DNA from: a virus
Taxonomy: Duplodnaviria; Caudoviricetes
IMG/VR virus record: IMGVR_UViG_3300050160_000020
Span: 1 to 38,416 of that record
Length of the DNA: 38,416 bases
Strand: one strand, 5' to 3'
The translations under genes were made by a program, and so were the position numbers. A model generated the notes under the pieces. It made no database searches and had not been told where the DNA came from. It saw nothing but the letters and a program-made list of their open reading frames with translations. Below, in pieces: positions 5,755 to 14,470 of the stretch. Every line of letters begins with the position of its first letter. Within the stretch, counting starts at the first letter, position 1.

Positions 5755-7955
5755 GCAAATAGTCCTTGCTGCTCTTTTTGCGCATCGGAGATGTTCTGGT
5801 GAGCCAGTTCCCAATATGCGGGTTTTAGCTCAGTCCCAATGAACTTGCGGCCCATCTTGACTGCGCAATAGCCCTCAGAGCCGATGCCGGTGAATGGAGA
5901 AAACACGGTATCGCCTTTGTTTGTCCAGAGGTGGATGCATCGCTCAATAACATCCAATTGCAACGGGCACATGTGCTTCAAGTCGTTGTCATCACGCGCA
6001 GGCAGCTTGTTCAATGTGCGCGACTGGTTGATGTCATCCCAGATAGGGCTTGCATACTTTTGCCACATCATGACGGGCAGGTCATCGCCGTGCGTTACTC
6101 GTTCTTCAATATCTCCGGGCTTGCGCATTGTCACCACATAGTCAGGCAGACCCATGCGGCTCATGGTGCTGTTTTCGCGGATTGTCTTGTGCAGCAAACC
6201 CAGAGCCTTAGTGCGCTGCATCGCAACTACGGGGTCTTTCCAGATGCAAACCTCGGAGTGATAGATAAATCCAGCATCTTGGAAAGCGCGGATAAGGTCG
6301 CCTCGGAAGTCACGCAAACCAATGAAGCCTTGACGCATCTTTGTGGTCGGCAGATTCATGCAATGAAAAGACACGTTACGCCCCGGCTTCACGACTCGGA
6401 AAAGTTCTGCAATCAGGAATTTAAGCTGCTGGACAAATTCTTCATCGTCTTTGCAGTTGCCCATATCGTGGTCGCTGTTGGAGTACACAAAGAGATCCGC
6501 AAACGGTGGAGAGAAAACAGAGTAATCCACGCTGTTATCGGCCATGCGGCGCGTCCACTTCACGCAGTCACCTAGATGGACTGTAAATCCGTCGCCGTTG
6601 TAAGTGTCCTCGCGGTACTCGTCTACGATGTTCTCTTGTCCTGCCAGTTCTTTGTTCATAATGTCTTTCATGTGTTCGATCATGTTTGCGCTCATATCGT
6701 GGTGCTGTACTTCTTTGCGTTTGATGTTTGCCAGAATCTGGCCTTCGTTCTCAGCCGTGAAAATGTGGACTTGCACTTCTCGCTTTTGTCCAAAACGATA
6801 GCAGCGGCGCACGGCTTGGTAGAACTTCTCGAATGAGTCATCCAGCCCCACGAACGCCATCCGTGCGCAGTGTTGCCAATTCATCCCGTACCCTGCGATC
6901 TTTGGCTTTGAAATCATTACCCGCACATCACCATGCGCGAAGCCGATCAGGTTCTTTGTCTTGACTTCTGGGCTATCGGAGCCTTGGACGTTTACGGAGC
7001 CGGGGATTAGGCTTTTCAGCAACTCGGCCTCATCGTTCAAGTGGCACCAGATAAGCCAAGGCTCGTTAGGTTCACCGTTCACAATGTCTGCAAGGGCTTT
7101 GCATCGTGCTTCAATGCTGTCGCGTTGCGCTTTGCGGCGCTCGGCCATAGTCTGGGCAGGGCGGGAAAACAACTCATCGCCTAGAGCATCAGTTTCCACC
7201 ACATGCTCATGGTAATGCAATGTAGGCAGGTCATAGCGTGAGCCATCAAAACCAATATCAGCAGGACTACGCAATACGACTGCCCATGTGCCCATCCATT
7301 CCCAGAATCGAGATTGACCCCATCCCTTTAGAACCCATGTGCCAGTGTCTCCAGCATCGTTAATGAAGTACGTGGCCAGCATCTCCGTGCGGGTCATCAC
7401 CCCCAAAAATTCGCACTGGTTGCCTAGTTCCTCAAAGTCGTTAGGGCTAGGCGTAGCGGTGCAGCTCAGGCGATAGGGTACGGACTGGGCTTGTGTGATG
7501 ATCTTTTGGCGCGTCTTTCCGTCATGGGCTTTCAGGATAGATGACTCATCCAAAACTAATCCAGACAACTCCGAAAAGTCGATAGCATCCATGCGCTCAT
7601 AGTTGGTAATCCACACGCCGGGGCCAGATGGAGCATCGCCCAATGGGATGCGCTTCACTTCAATGCCAAAGGTAGCACCCTGCTCGATTGTCTGCTCAGA
7701 CACTGCCAAAGGAGCCAATACAACCACAATGCCGCCAGTATGGGATTGAACTTCATCAGCCCATGAAAGCTGCATCAAAGTCTTACCGAGGCCGGTATCG
7801 GCAAAGATAGCAGCACGGCCACGGCGCACGGCCCATGAAACGATAGCATGCTGAAAGTCAAATAAGTGTTCATTTAGTTCACCCGGAGCATGGCCGGTTG
7901 CAACTTCTGCGCGGCGCTTGCTCTTTACAAAGTCTTCGTATTCCATGTTTAGCAT
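5751..7955 (-). CDS. SNF2-family helicase fused to an amino (N4-C/N6-A) DNA methyltransferase
   Basis: Walker A ADTGLGKT, Walker B LDESS, TATP, QAVRRCYRFGQ; then GDC..., motif IV SPPF and motif I SPFTGIGS (beta-class order). Confidence 0.9.
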   Translation of the reverse strand: MLNMEYEDFVKSKRRAEVATGHAPGELNEHLFDFQHAIVSWAVRRGRAAIFADTGLGKTLMQLSWADEVQSHTGGIVVVLAPLAVSEQTIEQGATFGIEVKRIPLGDAPSGPGVWITNYERMDAIDFSELSGLVLDESSILKAHDGKTRQKIITQAQSVPYRLSCTATPSPNDFEELGNQCEFLGVMTRTEMLATYFINDAGDTGTWVLKGWGQSRFWEWMGTWAVVLRSPADIGFDGSRYDLPTLHYHEHVVETDALGDELFSRPAQTMAERRKAQRDSIEARCKALADIVNGEPNEPWLIWCHLNDEAELLKSLIPGSVNVQGSDSPEVKTKNLIGFAHGDVRVMISKPKIAGYGMNWQHCARMAFVGLDDSFEKFYQAVRRCYRFGQKREVQVHIFTAENEGQILANIKRKEVQHHDMSANMIEHMKDIMNKELAGQENIVDEYREDTYNGDGFTVHLGDCVKWTRRMADNSVDYSVFSPPFADLFVYSNSDHDMGNCKDDEEFVQQLKFLIAELFRVVKPGRNVSFHCMNLPTTKMRQGFIGLRDFRGDLIRAFQDAGFIYHSEVCIWKDPVVAMQRTKALGLLHKTIRENSTMSRMGLPDYVVTMRKPGDIEERVTHGDDLPVMMWQKYASPIWDDINQSRTLNKLPARDDNDLKHMCPLQLDVIERCIHLWTNKGDTVFSPFTGIGSEGYCAVKMGRKFIGTELKPAYWELAHQNISDAQKEQQGLFA

Positions 7956-8293
7956 CCTTGCCCAAATGATTTAATGTGCGAATGGTCAGACCCCGGACGA
8001 TAGAACGTAGGCTGTGGGTCACCGTCACCAGTCCGATACGTTCCGCGCCCGATCACATACTGACGCACCCCCGCTGTGTTCTTCTGGTCTAGCGCTTGGC
8101 GGCCCATTACTGTGATGTGGTACGCGCCTTCGGCCTCAAAGCAATAGCCAGCCTCGACCAACTGAGTGAGCCAGCCGTTTAAGACTTCGGGGTGTAGCGG
8201 TGCGTTGTAGTCTCCGTGGGTAAAGTATTGTTCACGGCGTGGTGATTGCGCGATAGAGATAAGCATCCGGCGCAGACGTTCGTTGAGTTTCAT
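7949..8293 (-). CDS. Winged-helix-like protein, first gene of the leftward early operon
   Basis: LTQLVEAGY....GAYHITVMGRQAL; AAGGAG RBS. Confidence 0.65.
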   Translation of the reverse strand: MKLNERLRRMLISIAQSPRREQYFTHGDYNAPLHPEVLNGWLTQLVEAGYCFEAEGAYHITVMGRQALDQKNTAGVRQYVIGRGTYRTGDGDPQPTFYRPGSDHSHIKSFGQGC

Positions 8294-8320
8294 ATTGCTC
8301 CTTTGGTTGAAACGGTGGTA

Positions 8321-8394
8321 ATGATTGCACAGTTAGGCGGGTATCGGTATTAGGGTTTCCCCTAATGTTCAACGTCAAATTTATGCTAGACAAT
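8321..8394. promoter_or_regulatory. Divergent promoter pair centred on box TAGGGTTTCCCCTA (8351-8364)
   Basis: Leftward TGC-AATCAT (8326-8321) and rightward GACAAT (8389-8394), each exactly 24 bp from the box; located at the divergent strand switch. Confidence 0.75.
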
Positions 8395-8422
8395 CCATCA
8401 CATCAACAAACCGGAGCGATAA

Positions 8423-8713
8423 ATGCACCTAGACACTATCAACCAAACCTTCAACGCAATCGGCACAGCGCCTTTCACATCACTGAGCGTTCCCTACATT
8501 AGCTACCGCAAGAACATCGGCGGTGAGCTTTCTCAGTACGCCATGAAAGACGTTTTTGAGGATTACGGCAGCGAGACAGCAGCGCATAACGCATTTGTGG
8601 CTATGCTGGAAAAAAGCGAGTGCCCATTGGTTAAGGCTTACATCCAGACGGTTCAGGCTTCCTTTGTTAAGCAGAATCTTGATGAACTGGAACTTTTCTC
8701 AGAGGTCGCATGA
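8423..8713 (+). CDS. Hypothetical protein
   Basis: GGAG RBS, first gene of the rightward operon. Confidence 0.75.
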   Translation: MHLDTINQTFNAIGTAPFTSLSVPYISYRKNIGGELSQYAMKDVFEDYGSETAAHNAFVAMLEKSECPLVKAYIQTVQASFVKQNLDELELFSEVA

Positions 8714-8799
8714 AATACATCCGCCAATATCTGATCTACCGCCGCGCCGGTTTCACGGTGCTTAACTCTCTGAAACGTGCTTACAAGGTGTGGAAATGA
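8710..8799 (+). CDS. Small basic peptide (29 aa, MKYIRQYLIYRRAGFTVLNSLKRAYKVWK)
   Basis: GAGG RBS, ATGA overlaps at both ends. Confidence 0.55.
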   Translation: MKYIRQYLIYRRAGFTVLNSLKRAYKVWK

Positions 8800-8930
8800 C
8801 TGAGCAACAAATCATTCAACAGGCATACGCCGAGGATTGGACATGTGAGCGCGTAGCTATTGAGCTTGAGGCTATCGGCCTGACAAAAACGCAAGTTAAG
8901 GCAGTAATGATGAAGGAGATTGTGGGATGA
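8796..8930 (+). CDS. Small hypothetical protein (44 aa)
   Basis: ATGA overlaps with the 8710 ORF and erf. Confidence 0.55.
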   Translation: MTEQQIIQQAYAEDWTCERVAIELEAIGLTKTQVKAVMMKEIVG

Positions 8931-9604
8931 TTGTTTACAAAGCTATCAACGCTGTACAGGCTGAATTGGCTGTCAGTGGCATTACAAAAGACCGTACCAA
9001 TACACAAGGTAGCGGATACAAGTTTCGCGGCATTGATGACGTTTATAACGCCATTGCGCCACTATTGGCAAAGCATGGGCTATGTATCCTGCCTCGGGTG
9101 TTGTCTCGCACGGTTGACGAGCGCACCAGCAAAAACGGAGGCGCGTTGTTCTATGTAACCGTTGATTCAGAGTTTGACTTTGTGAGCGCAGAGGATGGCT
9201 CTAGACACACGGTAAAGACCTTTGGTGAGGCCATGGACAGTGGCGACAAAGCTACAAACAAGGCCATGAGCGCGGCTTACAAATACGCATGTTTTCAGGC
9301 ATTCAGCATTCCCACTGAATCAGACAACGATGCAGACGCGCACACTCACGAAGTGAAGCAAAAAGAAGTCAAGTGCCAAGGCGGTTTAACGGGTATTGGA
9401 GACGACTTGTCCGAAGACTGGAAAACCTACCTACAAGACACGGCTAAACTCGTTACAGACCTTGTAGCTCAGGGCAAATTCGATGAGGCCAATTTTGAGC
9501 GCTACAAAGAACCGCTAGACGATGTACAAGAGCTGTACCTTGAGCGTTTCCTTGATTCAAAAACCCGCAGCGCAATCCGCAAACACAACCAGACGAAAGG
9601 CTAA
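8927..9604 (+). CDS. erf: ERF-family single-strand annealing recombinase
   Basis: YKFRGIDDVYNA..PLLAKHGL and GEAMDSGDKATNKAMSAAYKYA. Confidence 0.9.
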   Translation: MIVYKAINAVQAELAVSGITKDRTNTQGSGYKFRGIDDVYNAIAPLLAKHGLCILPRVLSRTVDERTSKNGGALFYVTVDSEFDFVSAEDGSRHTVKTFGEAMDSGDKATNKAMSAAYKYACFQAFSIPTESDNDADAHTHEVKQKEVKCQGGLTGIGDDLSEDWKTYLQDTAKLVTDLVAQGKFDEANFERYKEPLDDVQELYLERFLDSKTRSAIRKHNQTKG

Positions 9605-9606
9605 TC

Positions 9607-9912
9607 ATGGCATACGATACCCCATACACCCCAAAAGACAACAGCGGGTCAATTTTCAAAAACGACCGCAAGGAAAAAGACACCCACCCAGACGGTAAAG
9701 GCTCATGCGTCATTGATGGCGTCGAATACTGGGTTTCTAGCTGGAACAAAACCAGTGCAAAGGGCGTTCAATTCAGAAGTCTGTCATTCCAGCGCAAGGA
9801 ACAACCCGCAAGCGTACCGCAACAGCCACCAGCACGGCCAGCACCTAGCCGCCTAGCGCCTCGGGGTTCTCAGGGCAGCGGGTTTGATGACCTCGATGAC
9901 GTGCCGTTCTGA
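9607..9912 (+). CDS. ssb: Phage single-stranded DNA-binding protein
   Basis: GSIFKNDRKEKDTHPD..G...IDGVEYWVSSW; acidic DDLDDVPF tail; follows erf. Confidence 0.75.
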   Translation: MAYDTPYTPKDNSGSIFKNDRKEKDTHPDGKGSCVIDGVEYWVSSWNKTSAKGVQFRSLSFQRKEQPASVPQQPPARPAPSRLAPRGSQGSGFDDLDDVPF

Positions 9913-9914
9913 CC

Positions 9915-9958
9915 TAGGGTAAACACCTATGCAAACTACCCACCAACGGCTATACACT
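9915..9958 (+). promoter_or_regulatory. Rightward promoter: variant box TAGGGTAAACACCT(A) and -10 TACACT (9953-9958)
   Basis: 24-bp spacing from the 14-mer. Confidence 0.5.
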
Positions 9959-10093
9959 TTCCTTGAAGATGTGCGGGCTAACCTGCAATCTGGGAAACCA
10001 ATCGAGGCACTGAGGGCGATCGCTCTTGATGCTCTACTACTTGCACAGGAGCTAGAAAATGCACAAACACGATCTGATAGTGATGAAGGCTAG
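9929..10093 (+). CDS. Hypothetical helical protein (54 aa)
   Basis: MQTTHQRLYTFLEDVRANLQSGKPIEALRAIALDALLLAQELE; not in ORF track. Confidence 0.5.
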   Translation: MQTTHQRLYTFLEDVRANLQSGKPIEALRAIALDALLLAQELENAQTRSDSDEG

Positions 10094-10133
10094 TCTTATT
10101 GCACTGGCGTTTCTTATTTTATGTTTGCTTTAA
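10059..10133 (+). CDS. Putative single-TM peptide (24 aa)
   Basis: AGGAG RBS; MHKHDLIVMKASLIALAFLILCLL. Confidence 0.5.
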   Translation: MHKHDLIVMKASLIALAFLILCLL

Positions 10134-10204
10134 TAGGACGAATCCGTGACGCGCTGGCGATTGTCGGCGTGTTTGTTGTTATTCTTTTGATTGGGTTTCT
10201 TTGA
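10121..10204 (+). CDS. Putative single-TM peptide (27 aa)
   Basis: MFALIGRIRDALAIVGVFVVILLIGFL; no clear RBS. Confidence 0.35.
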   Translation: MFALIGRIRDALAIVGVFVVILLIGFL

Positions 10205-10377
10205 CCAATTTACGCTGGTGTGCCGTATGCGGCAAGAAAACCGAAGGCCCTCACACGCTTAAATTTGTTTTAGGCGGTAGGGCTTTGGTTTGTACTAAGC
10301 ACGGGCCTGCTAGGTCTGCGCAGACGCTGGCTAAATCAGTGCAATCTCAGCCTCGCGCCGAATCGTCAGCCCCCTAA
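10201..10377 (+). CDS. Putative small zinc-finger protein (58 aa, TTG start)
   Basis: CAVC...CTKH; TTGA overlap with the upstream stop; tail overlaps the lysozyme 3' end. Confidence 0.4.
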   Translation: MTNLRWCAVCGKKTEGPHTLKFVLGGRALVCTKHGPARSAQTLAKSVQSQPRAESSAP

Positions 10378-10771
10378 GCACACGCCCACCCGCTTTGTTC
10401 CATTTACGGAGTTCTGCGGGTACGGCATCCCAATCCTGAGCATTTACTTTACGCCGAAGGGTTGACGCCTTCAGGTTGCCGCCGCCTAGGTTGAAAGTGA
10501 AGTCAATCAAAGCGGCTACACGTTCTGGCGTGTCTATTTTGGGGCATAGGCGCATCACTGTTGGTAGGTACTTTGTGCGCACCATCCATAAAAGCAGTTC
10601 CTCTGCGCGTTCTTTTGTTATTTTTGGGTCTGTCAACTTTACGGGTGTGCCGCCTTCGTAGTAGGTAGCCCCATAACCAATCGTGGGGACACCGGCAGGG
10701 CATAGATAGGGGGTAAGGTACAAACCCTCAAACCTACGCGCTAAAGCGGCTGCAATCTCGATTGATGTCAT
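10331..10771 (-). CDS. Endolysin, GH24 lysozyme
   Basis: FEG..L.PY.CPAGVPTIGYG, DFTFNLG, GL..RR.AE. Confidence 0.95.
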   Translation of the reverse strand: MTSIEIAAALARRFEGLYLTPYLCPAGVPTIGYGATYYEGGTPVKLTDPKITKERAEELLLWMVRTKYLPTVMRLCPKIDTPERVAALIDFTFNLGGGNLKASTLRRKVNAQDWDAVPAELRKWNKAGGRVLRGLTIRREAEIALI

Positions 10772-11232
10772 TTTCCGCGCTTAAACAATGAACGGTCAGC
10801 CAAATAGATGCCCAGAGCAGCACCAGACAGAGCTATGGTGTTTTCGCTCATGACAATAACGCCAAATTCGTTAAGGGTCATCATGCCTACAGCCCATGTC
10901 GCCACAGCAGGCCGAATCACTGAATTCCAAGCATCAACCCAAACAAGGCCGGTCTTGGTAGCGGTTGCTTTGACAGCCTCTAGCCAGCCCTGCGCCTCAA
11001 TCTCACCAATTGCCGCCTCTGCCTGCACTTGAATGGTCTTTACGCCTAGTTCAGCCTGTACTGTAATGGCTTTAAGGTTTCGCTCATGCTGGGCAGCGTC
11101 TATGGCGTTTTGCAGCTTCATGCGGTCAAGCTCTTGCGCGTGGTCTTGCTTTTTGTTGAGATAGCTAATGACCTCACCGAAGATCATGCGGAAGACATTG
11201 CCGCCGAGGAAGGATAAAAGTGCGGTAATCAT
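10768..11232 (-). CDS. Holin-like membrane protein
   Basis: N-terminal hydrophobic segment, coiled coil, WVD...IRP followed by two TM segments; adjacent to the lysozyme. Confidence 0.6.
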   Translation of the reverse strand: MITALLSFLGGNVFRMIFGEVISYLNKKQDHAQELDRMKLQNAIDAAQHERNLKAITVQAELGVKTIQVQAEAAIGEIEAQGWLEAVKATATKTGLVWVDAWNSVIRPAVATWAVGMMTLNEFGVIVMSENTIALSGAALGIYLADRSLFKRGK

Positions 11233-11612
11233 TTGTCAGCCTTTCGGGATAGCCCCTCATGAATGGCACTCAGCATCTCTACGTGCCTATCTTCGGAGCG
11301 TCTAGCGTGTTCTTCCAGCTTGTCGAATATCTTAGCGATGTGACCCCGCTGGGTTTCCATTTCACTCATGATGCGACTATCTTCTTCTCTGGCGAATTTG
11401 ATAGCTTCGGTCACACGGTAGTCTATGTGTTCCATGAACTTGTCACTCAGTTTAGATTGTCCCTGAGAGGCTTGTTCTTTTAGCTTTTCGTGCGCGTCTT
11501 TGATCGCTTTATGCTCGGCTTCGTTGTGATTCCAAGCCCATGCCGCAACACCCGCAAGGGGAACTAAAACCCAGTCTTTAATGATTTCAAACATTGAAGG
11601 CTCTACGTTCAT
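11229..11612 (-). CDS. Lysis-cassette membrane-anchored coiled-coil protein
   Basis: WVLVPLAGVAAWAW segment followed by a coiled coil. Confidence 0.6.
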   Translation of the reverse strand: MNVEPSMFEIIKDWVLVPLAGVAAWAWNHNEAEHKAIKDAHEKLKEQASQGQSKLSDKFMEHIDYRVTEAIKFAREEDSRIMSEMETQRGHIAKIFDKLEEHARRSEDRHVEMLSAIHEGLSRKADK

Positions 11613-11614
11613 TT

Positions 11615-11899
11615 TTACCCCATTGATTTGATATGGTTGGGCGATATTGAGTTGATCTCTTTGGCGATAGCGGCAGCAAGTAGCCACCTCTCATGCTCAT
11701 GTTTTGAGATTATGCGTTCTAGCGTGTGGGAGATAGTCCATTCGCCACGTTCAGGCCAGCCAAAAACTAGCGCCCATGTCGTATGCGCGATAAGCACGTC
11801 TAGAATAAATGCGGGTATGACTGCCCAGCAGTGCCACCACTTTCCACCCTCTACGCACTCCAAGGCGGGTTTTAAAAGGATGAGGAATAGGAAGATCAC
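11615..11899 (-). CDS. Hypothetical membrane protein
   Basis: Hydrophobic; DV..AHT...WTISH.L.R...P.H. Confidence 0.65.
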   Translation of the reverse strand: MIFLFLILLKPALECVEGGKWWHCWAVIPAFILDVLIAHTTWALVFGWPERGEWTISHTLERIISKHEHERWLLAAAIAKEINSISPNHIKSMG

Positions 11900-12216
11900 A
11901 GCAAGTCCCGCAGAGCCTTGATCTGGTTATCAAAGGCTTTGACTGCTTGGTAGCCGGGGTTTACTTCCAGCACTTCAGCCGGTGCGTTCATTTCCATGAA
12001 TGTGAGCATAAATTCCCGAGTGGCGCGGGGCATCAGTTGCTCGGCTTCTAGCTGCTTGATCTGAGCGCGTATGGCGTCTTTTGGGTCAACCTGCGGAACA
12101 TGGCGCAGTGCCTCGGATTCTTCTTCCGTAATGGCAATGCAGCCTTCGGGAAGCAAATAAGCGAATTCAGGCTCGATGCAGTGCAGTGAGTTGTCGGGGG
12201 CTTTGTAGTGTTGCAT
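11896..12216 (-). CDS. Tail fibre assembly/chaperone-like protein
   Basis: Directly after the fibre gene; LLPEGCIAITEEE...I.QLE..Q.MPRA.RE. Confidence 0.6.
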   Translation of the reverse strand: MQHYKAPDNSLHCIEPEFAYLLPEGCIAITEEESEALRHVPQVDPKDAIRAQIKQLEAEQLMPRATREFMLTFMEMNAPAEVLEVNPGYQAVKAFDNQIKALRDLL

Positions 12217-12226
12217 TTTTTAGTCC

Positions 12227-13789
12227 TTAGCGGAGTTCCCACCATGTTGACTGACCGCCACTTAGTGCGGTTACGTTATAAGAAGCACCATGAGGAACAA
12301 TCACCCATGCAGACAGAATAAATCTTGTAATCTGCGTTCCATTGATAGAAATTGTTGATGCAGTAGACGATGACACAGCCTCGGGCGCAACAACGATTGG
12401 CTTTCCTGTGGTGTTGTAGTAGGTGGTTGCTACTGCGCGAGATGCGTTCACGTTCTGCCAAGTCTGCCCGTAGCCCATTGACTGCATGGCATCGAGCGCA
12501 TTGCCGCCCATACCCTGCACCAATGATGGAGCAGTTGCCCATGTGCCTGCCGTTGCCTGAGTAGAGTCTACACACCCGACAACCCGATAAGGTACGTTTG
12601 TTCGTGCTGTGGTCGAATAGAAAACGCTTGCACTTGTAGCTGCACCACTAATTGCAGTCGTGCTAATTAGGCCGGTTTCGTCTAGGTTTGTGCCGCCTGC
12701 CAAGTTGATGATTGCAATCTCTACCGTGCCAGCGTTATCAATGGCGACAAGAATCAAGCGAGACGCCACAGCGCTAACAGTTCCTAGGGTCGCAGTGTTC
12801 GGCACCACAAGGCTAATAGCCGTTGGCACTGTCCGTTTGTTGGGTACGCCAGTTGTCAGAGTAGTGGAGCGAAACTCTAGAACAGTGGGATTTAGTCCAA
12901 CGGTCAGAGCGTTACCTGCTACGGAGGCCGTAACGGGTTGAACTTGGTTAACCGTGGGAGGCAATTCCTCTACCAGCGCCTGAGTCGTGCTAATCAGCGT
13001 TACACGGCTTCGATGGTTTGTAGGAATGTCACCGGCTTGGATGTTGACATACGCGCCTGTAACATCCTGTTTAACCAAGTTTGGAGGCGTTGCAACACCA
13101 TTAATTGTGATCGTCGGAGTAGCGCCAGAGGCTGTATGGAATGTTACCCAAAACGTTTGATTGGCAGCGTAAGCCGTGATCGCTGGGGACGGGGTAAGCG
13201 TGTAAGCAGTGCTAGTGCCTGCGGTAGTAGCTGCGATAAGAGGCGCAGACAATGCCGATCCGTCTGCCTTCTGATAAGCGACAACCTGCCATCCACCAGA
13301 GATAGGAACCGCAATCAGGGCATCATTTGCCGCCGTGGTGATGTTTGCAGCCGTCGGAAGTACCAAAGTAGCTGAATGCGTCAAAAGAACCGCACCAGCG
13401 AAGATAAGGAACCTTGGCCCGTTGTAGTTCGTGCCAAACGAAGTTACACCAGTCGTGCCAGTCACTCGGAGGAAGTTGGTTAACTGTGCGCCAATGTCCA
13501 GCGTAGCGGCAGAGGCAATATCAGTCAGAGTGCCTTGGCTGAATAACTGTTCATACCGGAGGGATTGACCCGTGCCAGAGCCTGCGGCAAGGTTTGTCAG
13601 CTTGTTGCCGCCCATCTGCAAATTGCCAGTAATGGGGGTTTGTCCGTCAGCACTGATAGATTGCTGAATGGCTGCGGCTAAATCTGTAAGCGTCGCATTC
13701 CAATCGGTAGCCGTGGCAGCTACTCCATTGATTGCGGAATTAAAACTGTTTGATGGAGCCGTGTAGCCTCCTGAACCATTCCTCGGCAT
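12227..13789 (-). CDS. Tail fibre protein
   Basis: MPRNGSG.Y.. virion-attachment N-terminus, DGQTPITGNLQMGGNKLTNL, Thr/Ala/Gly rich, C-terminal YYNTTGKPI...W.ELR. Confidence 0.85.
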   Translation of the reverse strand: MPRNGSGGYTAPSNSFNSAINGVAATATDWNATLTDLAAAIQQSISADGQTPITGNLQMGGNKLTNLAAGSGTGQSLRYEQLFSQGTLTDIASAATLDIGAQLTNFLRVTGTTGVTSFGTNYNGPRFLIFAGAVLLTHSATLVLPTAANITTAANDALIAVPISGGWQVVAYQKADGSALSAPLIAATTAGTSTAYTLTPSPAITAYAANQTFWVTFHTASGATPTITINGVATPPNLVKQDVTGAYVNIQAGDIPTNHRSRVTLISTTQALVEELPPTVNQVQPVTASVAGNALTVGLNPTVLEFRSTTLTTGVPNKRTVPTAISLVVPNTATLGTVSAVASRLILVAIDNAGTVEIAIINLAGGTNLDETGLISTTAISGAATSASVFYSTTARTNVPYRVVGCVDSTQATAGTWATAPSLVQGMGGNALDAMQSMGYGQTWQNVNASRAVATTYYNTTGKPIVVAPEAVSSSTASTISINGTQITRFILSAWVIVPHGASYNVTALSGGQSTWWELR

Positions 13790-13792
13790 AGT

Positions 13793-13822
13793 TTGCTTTC
13801 CTTTTCCATTTCATGGCATAAT
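13793..13822 (+). promoter_or_regulatory. Promoter of the HNH cassette (TTGCTT-18bp-CATAAT, with TG at the extended -10 position)
   Basis: Located upstream of the AGGAG RBS and ATG 13844. Confidence 0.55.
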
Positions 13823-13843
13823 TGGCTTACTTTAGGAGCCTAT

Positions 13844-14455
13844 ATGCCGTTTAAAAAACCTCACCCACTGTACTCATGCTGGCATGGAATGATTATTCGA
13901 TGCGAGCAGCCAAACTTTAAACAATTCTCTAGTTACGGAGGCAGGGGCATAACCGTTTGTGATCGTTGGTCTATTCGTGGCGGAGAAGGTTTTAAAAACT
14001 TTGTATCCGACATGGGAGAAAGGCCGGAAGGTCACACGCTTGACAGAATAAACAACGATCTTGGCTACTCTCCGGAAAATTGTAAATGGTCTACTCGTTC
14101 CGAGCAGCAATTGAACCGAAGAAATACCAAGTTTGTTGTTATAGACGGCAAGCAATACAAATCCGCAGAGCTTGCAAAAACTATTGGAGTAAAACCGGAC
14201 ACAATTGTAGAAAGAGCGAAACAAGGTCTCACCCTTGGAGAGGTTCTTAGCAAAAACAAAAGAGTCTACAAAGATGGTCTTGCGCTTGGAGGAAAAGCCA
14301 ACGGAGCGCGTCAAAAGGCAAAAACACATTGCCCACAAGGACATGAATACAGCGAAGCTAATACGAGCATTAGCAAACAAGGCTTTAGAAAATGCAAAAA
14401 ATGCCACGCAATTAGAGAGGCAAACAAGCGAATGATTGCTAAAAATTCCGCCTGA
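13844..14455 (+). CDS. HNH-type homing endonuclease, antisense insertion
   Basis: YGGRGITVCDRW, TLDRINND.GYSPENCKWST..EQ..N, C-terminal THCPQGH..CKKC; AT-richer than its flanks. Confidence 0.9.
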   Translation: MPFKKPHPLYSCWHGMIIRCEQPNFKQFSSYGGRGITVCDRWSIRGGEGFKNFVSDMGERPEGHTLDRINNDLGYSPENCKWSTRSEQQLNRRNTKFVVIDGKQYKSAELAKTIGVKPDTIVERAKQGLTLGEVLSKNKRVYKDGLALGGKANGARQKAKTHCPQGHEYSEANTSISKQGFRKCKKCHAIREANKRMIAKNSA

Positions 14456-14470
14456 GCCATTTCGGGACAT
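14447..14470 (-). pseudogene. Orphan 5' stub of the tail-fibre gene (MSRNGSGG)
   Basis: AAGGA RBS plus ATGTCCCGAAATGGCTCAGGCGG, compared with ATGCCGAGGAATGGTTCAGGAGG at 13789. Confidence 0.75.

Noticed and set aside
5931-6836. Long antisense ORFs over the helicase-MTase
   Set aside because: Shadow ORFs with no independent support
12227-12500. Diversity-generating retroelement acting on the fibre tip
   Set aside because: No reverse transcriptase gene and no template-repeat copy seen
13790-14460. Group I intron around the HNH gene
   Set aside because: No room for an intron core, the ORF is antisense, and the downstream part has its own RBS and ATG
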